Source: an uncultured bacterium
GTDB taxonomy: Bacteria; SAR324; NAC60-12
DNA: 64,000 nt
Assembly: GCA_964010765.1 (NCBI GenBank)
Contig: CAXGMD010000004.1
Location: forward strand, 1-64,000
Reading direction: 5' to 3'
Position 1 is the stretch's first letter; every line of letters starts with the position of its first letter. Positions 60,501 to 64,000 of the stretch are shown in pieces. The translations under genes and the position numbers were made by a program. The notes beneath the pieces are model-generated. The model saw only the letters and a list, made by a program, of their open reading frames with translations, was not told where the DNA came from and ran no database searches.

Positions 60501-61563
60501 TATTGAGTTGCCTTTCCATCTCCAAATGAGAGTGGAAGTCAGAAATACTAATCAGAAGATCGTCACAGCTGGTCGGAATCTCGAAGAGCTAATTTCAAAG
60601 CGCAAAAATGAGCTCCGCGAACGAGGGAATAACAAAGAATTCAGGGAAGATTTAAGAGCTTGGAAGGACGCATTGAAATTCTGGGAACAGGATAATCTTC
60701 AGAATTGGACGTTTGAGCGTTTACCTCAACGTATCGAACTTGAGGTGAATCACGGTATTCCACTATACGCATATCCGGGTCTGCTGATTCAAGAAGATGG
60801 TAGTATTTTAAGAACCTTATTTCACACTAGAGATGAAGCTCAGCGTAAAACACATCCTGCGATGAAAAAGTTGATGGCCTTGGCTGTAGGACCAGAGTTA
60901 GTCTGGCTGGAGCAGGAGCTTTGGAAATTGGAAGAACTAAGAGATGAATACAGGCGTTTTGGAACCTTAGGACAACTAAAGCAGGGATCCAAAAAAGCTC
61001 TGCTGGATTACTTGTTTGAGTTTGAGTGGTTAGAATCTGAAGAAGAATTTCTGGCGAAGCTCAAATTAGCGAAGCATCGGCTGCCAAAATTATTGTCACG
61101 TTACATTGAACAGTTGCGACTGCTTTTGCAGGCAGAACAGAAGACTCGTGCCACTATTCGTCAGTACAGTAAAAATATGAATGACCTTAATTGTTTGCAG
61201 GAGCATTTACAAAATCTAGTACCCACCAATTTTGTTGCAAAATTACCTTACTTGCGTTGGGCTCATGTTCAAAGATACCTGAAAGGAATCAGAGTTCGCG
61301 CAGAACGTCTTGATCACAATCCTGTTAAAGATGAAGAGAAAAGCCTGCAGTTACAGCCTTGGCTTGAGGTCTATCAAGAGTTGAAGTTGGTGGATTTGAA
61401 TTGGAATCAACGCAAGAATCTAGATGAGTTCTTCTGGCTACTAGAGGAGTATCGAGTCTCTCTATTCGCACCAGAGCTAAAGACCTCAATGCCTATTTCA
61501 GTCAAGAGACTGACACGCTTCCTTGAAGAACATTTCCCCGAAGCCTCACTTGTTGTTGCCTGA
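57526..61563 (+). CDS. hrpA: ATP-dependent DEAH RNA helicase HrpA
   Basis: GETGSGKTTQLPK, TQPRRVAA, DEAHERSLNIDFLLG, QRAGRAGR, C-terminal EEYRVSLFA.EL.T..P.S.KRL. ATG 57526 has a GAGG RBS. Confidence 0.96.
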   Translation: MLSELETQLQDVMLRDQFRFRRQFEQLKRAERQQRLNEDALLKLAIRIERSSALRGKRASLHRIPEYNTSLPILDNREEIISAIQKYPVLIVAGETGSGKTTQLPKMCLEAGYGIAGKIGCTQPRRVAAISIAQQIARELQCNLGEEVGYKIRFSDKTSPNTLIQLLTDGTLLAETQSDRFLENYEVLIIDEAHERSLNIDFLLGYIRRLQPKRSNLKLIITSASIDTGRFAEAFSGAPIIEVSGRSYPVEIDYRPIDPEVENQGDYTVEDAMVDTIRELLETTYDGDILAFLAGEGEIREVCQRVGQDNSTVLILPLYGRLTQAEQHRIFQNTSQRKVIVSTNLAETSLTIPGIRYVIDSGLAHISRYSPKNRVQRLPVEPIAQSSALQRAGRAGRVAPGVCIRLYSEESLQNRREYVEPEILRSNLAGVILQMLYLRLGNIREFPFIDPPGSHAIREGEKLLRELGAVTDNMQLTPLGREMATLPIEPQTARMLLQAHQESVLSEMLVIAAGLSIQDPREFPTEEKEKARQMHSSFVSRESDYITLLSIWRAYQAQWNELKTENKMRKFCRQNFLSFVRMREWRDIHHQLSSILKDSGKYPLKSLQALPVVEAQLEESDDREVPKFRLNRPTKEETKPKSIFEVGIDYDAIHRALLSGYLNCIARQKDKQQYSSIGGKELWVFPGSGVYKRSGKWILAGEQVETSRLYSRKIANIKVDWLEQIGGKLCKRHYSEAHFDPETGIVQAWERVTLYGLTIVEKRRVSYGRVNPAEATAIFVREALIDGGLRQYYPFFKHNNELRELVLSKGAKLRRDFREEVDAMLEAFYQEQIHNVASFHDLNRLLKTKRKSGQGDFLFLEESEITPSTLKPPSSELYPDFWEVGDLKMPLRYVFAPTKEPDGVTLQLQDASIPHLHEYALEWLIPGIWAEKIQFYLRALPKSIRKSFVPLPETSAKLASELKPCDESFLVSLCRLIERRYQIKLKPSQWADIELPFHLQMRVEVRNTNQKIVTAGRNLEELISKRKNELRERGNNKEFREDLRAWKDALKFWEQDNLQNWTFERLPQRIELEVNHGIPLYAYPGLLIQEDGSILRTLFHTRDEAQRKTHPAMKKLMALAVGPELVWLEQELWKLEELRDEYRRFGTLGQLKQGSKKALLDYLFEFEWLESEEEFLAKLKLAKHRLPKLLSRYIEQLRLLLQAEQKTRATIRQYSKNMNDLNCLQEHLQNLVPTNFVAKLPYLRWAHVQRYLKGIRVRAERLDHNPVKDEEKSLQLQPWLEVYQELKLVDLNWNQRKNLDEFFWLLEEYRVSLFAPELKTSMPISVKRLTRFLEEHFPEASLVVA

Positions 61564-64000
61564 TCCGACAACAATGTTCACCAACTTGCGGTTGGGTTGC
61601 ATGACAACCACCACCCGCTTCGGTGAATTGCCATTGAGATGAGATAATACCTTTTCGTTGCTCATCGCCATCTCTTTAAGAGTCTCCTCACTAATATCTA
61701 CTGCTACTACCATAGCGTCCCTCTTTTTTCCATTAACCATCAAGGGTACTTCAATCGAGTCTTCTAAGCACTTTTCGGGTTCGAAATCGGGCCAATTGTA
61801 TCGGAGAACCGACTTTTGGGCTGAATGCTCTTCTGGTTCGAGAATAGACATCATTTCTTCCCCAAGATGGGGAGCGAACGGTGATGTCAACAGGACCAGA
61901 TTTCTCAAATAACTTTTGGGTAGTTTTTCTTGGCGGGCAAATTCGTTTTTACATTCAATCAGCGCTGCGATCGCAGTGTTCATTCGTAAACGACCAACAT
62001 CCTCGGTTACCTTGCGGATAGTCTTGTGCATCATTCGCTCAAGTTTTGTGGATATACTGACTTCTGCATCTGGGAGGGTGATCTCCATCAGATTCCACAC
62101 TCCAGCCAAGAAACGTTGAATTCCAATAATCGATTCCTGCTTCCAAGGCTTGCCAGCATCAAGGGGCCCTAGGTACATCTCGTAACATCGGAAGGTGTCA
62201 GTAGTGTAGAGATCACAAATTTCCTCAGGAGGAATACCGTTTTTATAGCGTTTCCCCATTTTTCCAGGATCAATTTCAAGCTCATTTCCAGTCGGTTTGT
62301 GGAATGCCTTCGCCACTCCATTGATGTGTTTTACCTCAACATCATGAATATCAACATAGGCCCCTCTGGAATCCTTGTAAGCATCGGCCGTGATCATTCC
62401 CTGATTGAATAATTGTTGGAAGGGTTCTTTAGTTGAAACATGTCCCAGGTCATAAAGTACCTTGTGCCAGAAACGTGAGTATAGAAGATGAAGTACAGCG
62501 TGTTCGGTTCCTCCCACATACAGATCAATTGCGCCGGCTGGTTTATGTTCTGGAGAACTTCCATCCAATGTCCAATAGCGTTCGATATCTGAGTTTACCA
62601 TCGCATGATCGTTTCGAGCGTCCATGTAACGTAAGTAATACCAACAGGATCCAGCCCAGTTGGGCATAGAATTCATGTCTCGCTGAAAAACCTGAACGGG
62701 TAGACGTTGACCTTCAACTTCAAGAAAACCTTGTGATGCCTGTTCTTTACAGACCAAACGGACACATTGATTCGGTAGGATTACACCATGTACGTTTACC
62801 CAATCTTTCACGCGACCCAAGGGTGGCTCAGGTAGCGAATCAGGATCTTCACTGCCCTTAGGTTCAAAATTATCTAGTTCAGGTAGTTGAACGGGTAATT
62901 CACTATCATCAAGCGGATATGGCAGATCATTTTCGATATCAAAAACGACTGGGAAGGGCTCTCCCCAGTACCGTTGTCGACTGAAGAGCCAGTCGCGTAG
63001 TTTATACTGCACTTGTGGTCGTCCTAATCCTTTCTCAGCAAGCCACTCACCAACTTTCGACTTCCCAGTTTCATTGTCCAGTCCATCAATACTCAAATTC
63101 TTATGAGCTGATTGGAAACAGGTTCCGGGCCCAGTATAGGAAGTTTGAAATTCTGTTGGGGAGCGATGGTACAGATCTAGTAGTTGTTCTTCAGTCCAAT
63201 CGCTTGCTTCTTCCTGAAGAGTCTCTGATTTGAGCCAGCTTAATGGAGGCTGAATTACAGGTACGATGGGTAACTGATATTTTTTAGCGAACAAGAAATC
63301 TCGTTCGTCGTGTCCAGGAACTCCCATCACAGCACCAGTACCATATTCCATCAAAACGTAATCACCGATCCAGATTGGAATCTGGTCCCCACTGACTGGA
63401 TGAATTGCAAATCCGCCTGTGGGAGCCCCGTTCTTTTCCAGATCTTCGCCAGCAGACATGGATGTAATTCTTGCGGATTTCTTTTGAAACGCGAGTACGC
63501 TCGACTCTTGATCCGTAGCAGTTACTTGCTGAACCAGCGGATGTTCTGGTGCCAGCACTAGATATGTCACTCCAAAAAGTGTGTCTGGTCTAGTTGTGAA
63601 TACGGGGATACGCGCCTGCTTTCCGTTGTTTAGTTGAACTGGAAATTCAATGCGGGCTCCTTGACTTCTGCCGATCCAAGCCTTCTGCATCTCCGTTACG
63701 CCATTGGGCCAGTTCACATCTTCCAGGTCTTGAATTAATCGATCCGCATAGCAGGTGATTCGAAGGTTCCATTGGCGAAGTGGTCTCCGATAAACAGGGT
63801 AATCTCCTCGTTCACTGCGTCCCTCGTTCGTTACTTCCTCGTTGGAGAGTACGGTACCTAATTGAGGGCACCAATTGACGGGTGACTCCTCGACGTAAGC
63901 GAGTCTTACCCGGTCGATAACGCTTCTGAGTTCATCATCTTTCGCCCGTCGACCCTCAGGAAAATAGACTGCTGGTCGGGGGGTGCCTTCTCCATCAAGT
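61546..64000 (-). CDS. leuS: Leucyl-tRNA synthetase (5' end outside window)
   Basis: The frame is open to the window edge (..VNWCPQLGTVLSNEEV.., LRQWNLRIT.YADRL..). Motifs FTTRPDTLFG, YGTGAVMGVPGHDERD, LRDWLFSRQRYWGEP, YVGGTEHAVLHLLYSRF, KMGKR. Confidence 0.96.
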   Translation of the reverse strand, partial: LDGEGTPRPAVYFPEGRRAKDDELRSVIDRVRLAYVEESPVNWCPQLGTVLSNEEVTNEGRSERGDYPVYRRPLRQWNLRITCYADRLIQDLEDVNWPNGVTEMQKAWIGRSQGARIEFPVQLNNGKQARIPVFTTRPDTLFGVTYLVLAPEHPLVQQVTATDQESSVLAFQKKSARITSMSAGEDLEKNGAPTGGFAIHPVSGDQIPIWIGDYVLMEYGTGAVMGVPGHDERDFLFAKKYQLPIVPVIQPPLSWLKSETLQEEASDWTEEQLLDLYHRSPTEFQTSYTGPGTCFQSAHKNLSIDGLDNETGKSKVGEWLAEKGLGRPQVQYKLRDWLFSRQRYWGEPFPVVFDIENDLPYPLDDSELPVQLPELDNFEPKGSEDPDSLPEPPLGRVKDWVNVHGVILPNQCVRLVCKEQASQGFLEVEGQRLPVQVFQRDMNSMPNWAGSCWYYLRYMDARNDHAMVNSDIERYWTLDGSSPEHKPAGAIDLYVGGTEHAVLHLLYSRFWHKVLYDLGHVSTKEPFQQLFNQGMITADAYKDSRGAYVDIHDVEVKHINGVAKAFHKPTGNELEIDPGKMGKRYKNGIPPEEICDLYTTDTFRCYEMYLGPLDAGKPWKQESIIGIQRFLAGVWNLMEITLPDAEVSISTKLERMMHKTIRKVTEDVGRLRMNTAIAALIECKNEFARQEKLPKSYLRNLVLLTSPFAPHLGEEMMSILEPEEHSAQKSVLRYNWPDFEPEKCLEDSIEVPLMVNGKKRDAMVVAVDISEETLKEMAMSNEKVLSHLNGNSPKRVVVVMQPNRKLVNIVVGSGNNK

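Noticed and set aside
1..64000. CRISPR arrays, tRNA/rRNA genes, IS or prophage genes
   Set aside because: None was recognised by eye and intergenic spaces are mostly too short. A tRNAscan/Infernal run would be needed to exclude small RNAs formally.

Overview
A gene-dense, mostly housekeeping bacterial chromosome segment. Gene content and protein style suggest a deltaproteobacterium-like or SAR324-like marine organism, which is inference only. In order it carries: a partial TPR protein, a long RelA/SpoT homologue, coaE, a lone pfaD, T2SS pseudopilins gspG-J, an orphan response regulator, lon, a rhodanese/metallo-beta-lactamase fusion, menC, an unusual ftsZ-bpt(ate)-moaC-ftsL-ftsI operon, deaD, envelope genes, carB, a lone fliN-like gene, clpS-clpA, cysE, an Hsp70-like protein, prc, hpt, uup, hrpA and a partial leuS. 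The only mobile element found is a full-length group IIA (ML-class-like) intron at 54318-57043 (+). It is inserted antisense into a DHFR/RibD-C family gene; removing it restores that reading frame exactly, and EBS1/IBS1 and delta pairings are visible in the sequence. Other notable points are an FtsZ that lacks the C-terminal tail, a long RSH with a degenerate synthetase domain, several apparent pseudo-enzymes, a 53-aa membrane ORF missed by the ORF track, and a frameshifted small gene. No rRNA, tRNA or CRISPR array was recognised. All family assignments come from motif recognition by eye, not database searches.
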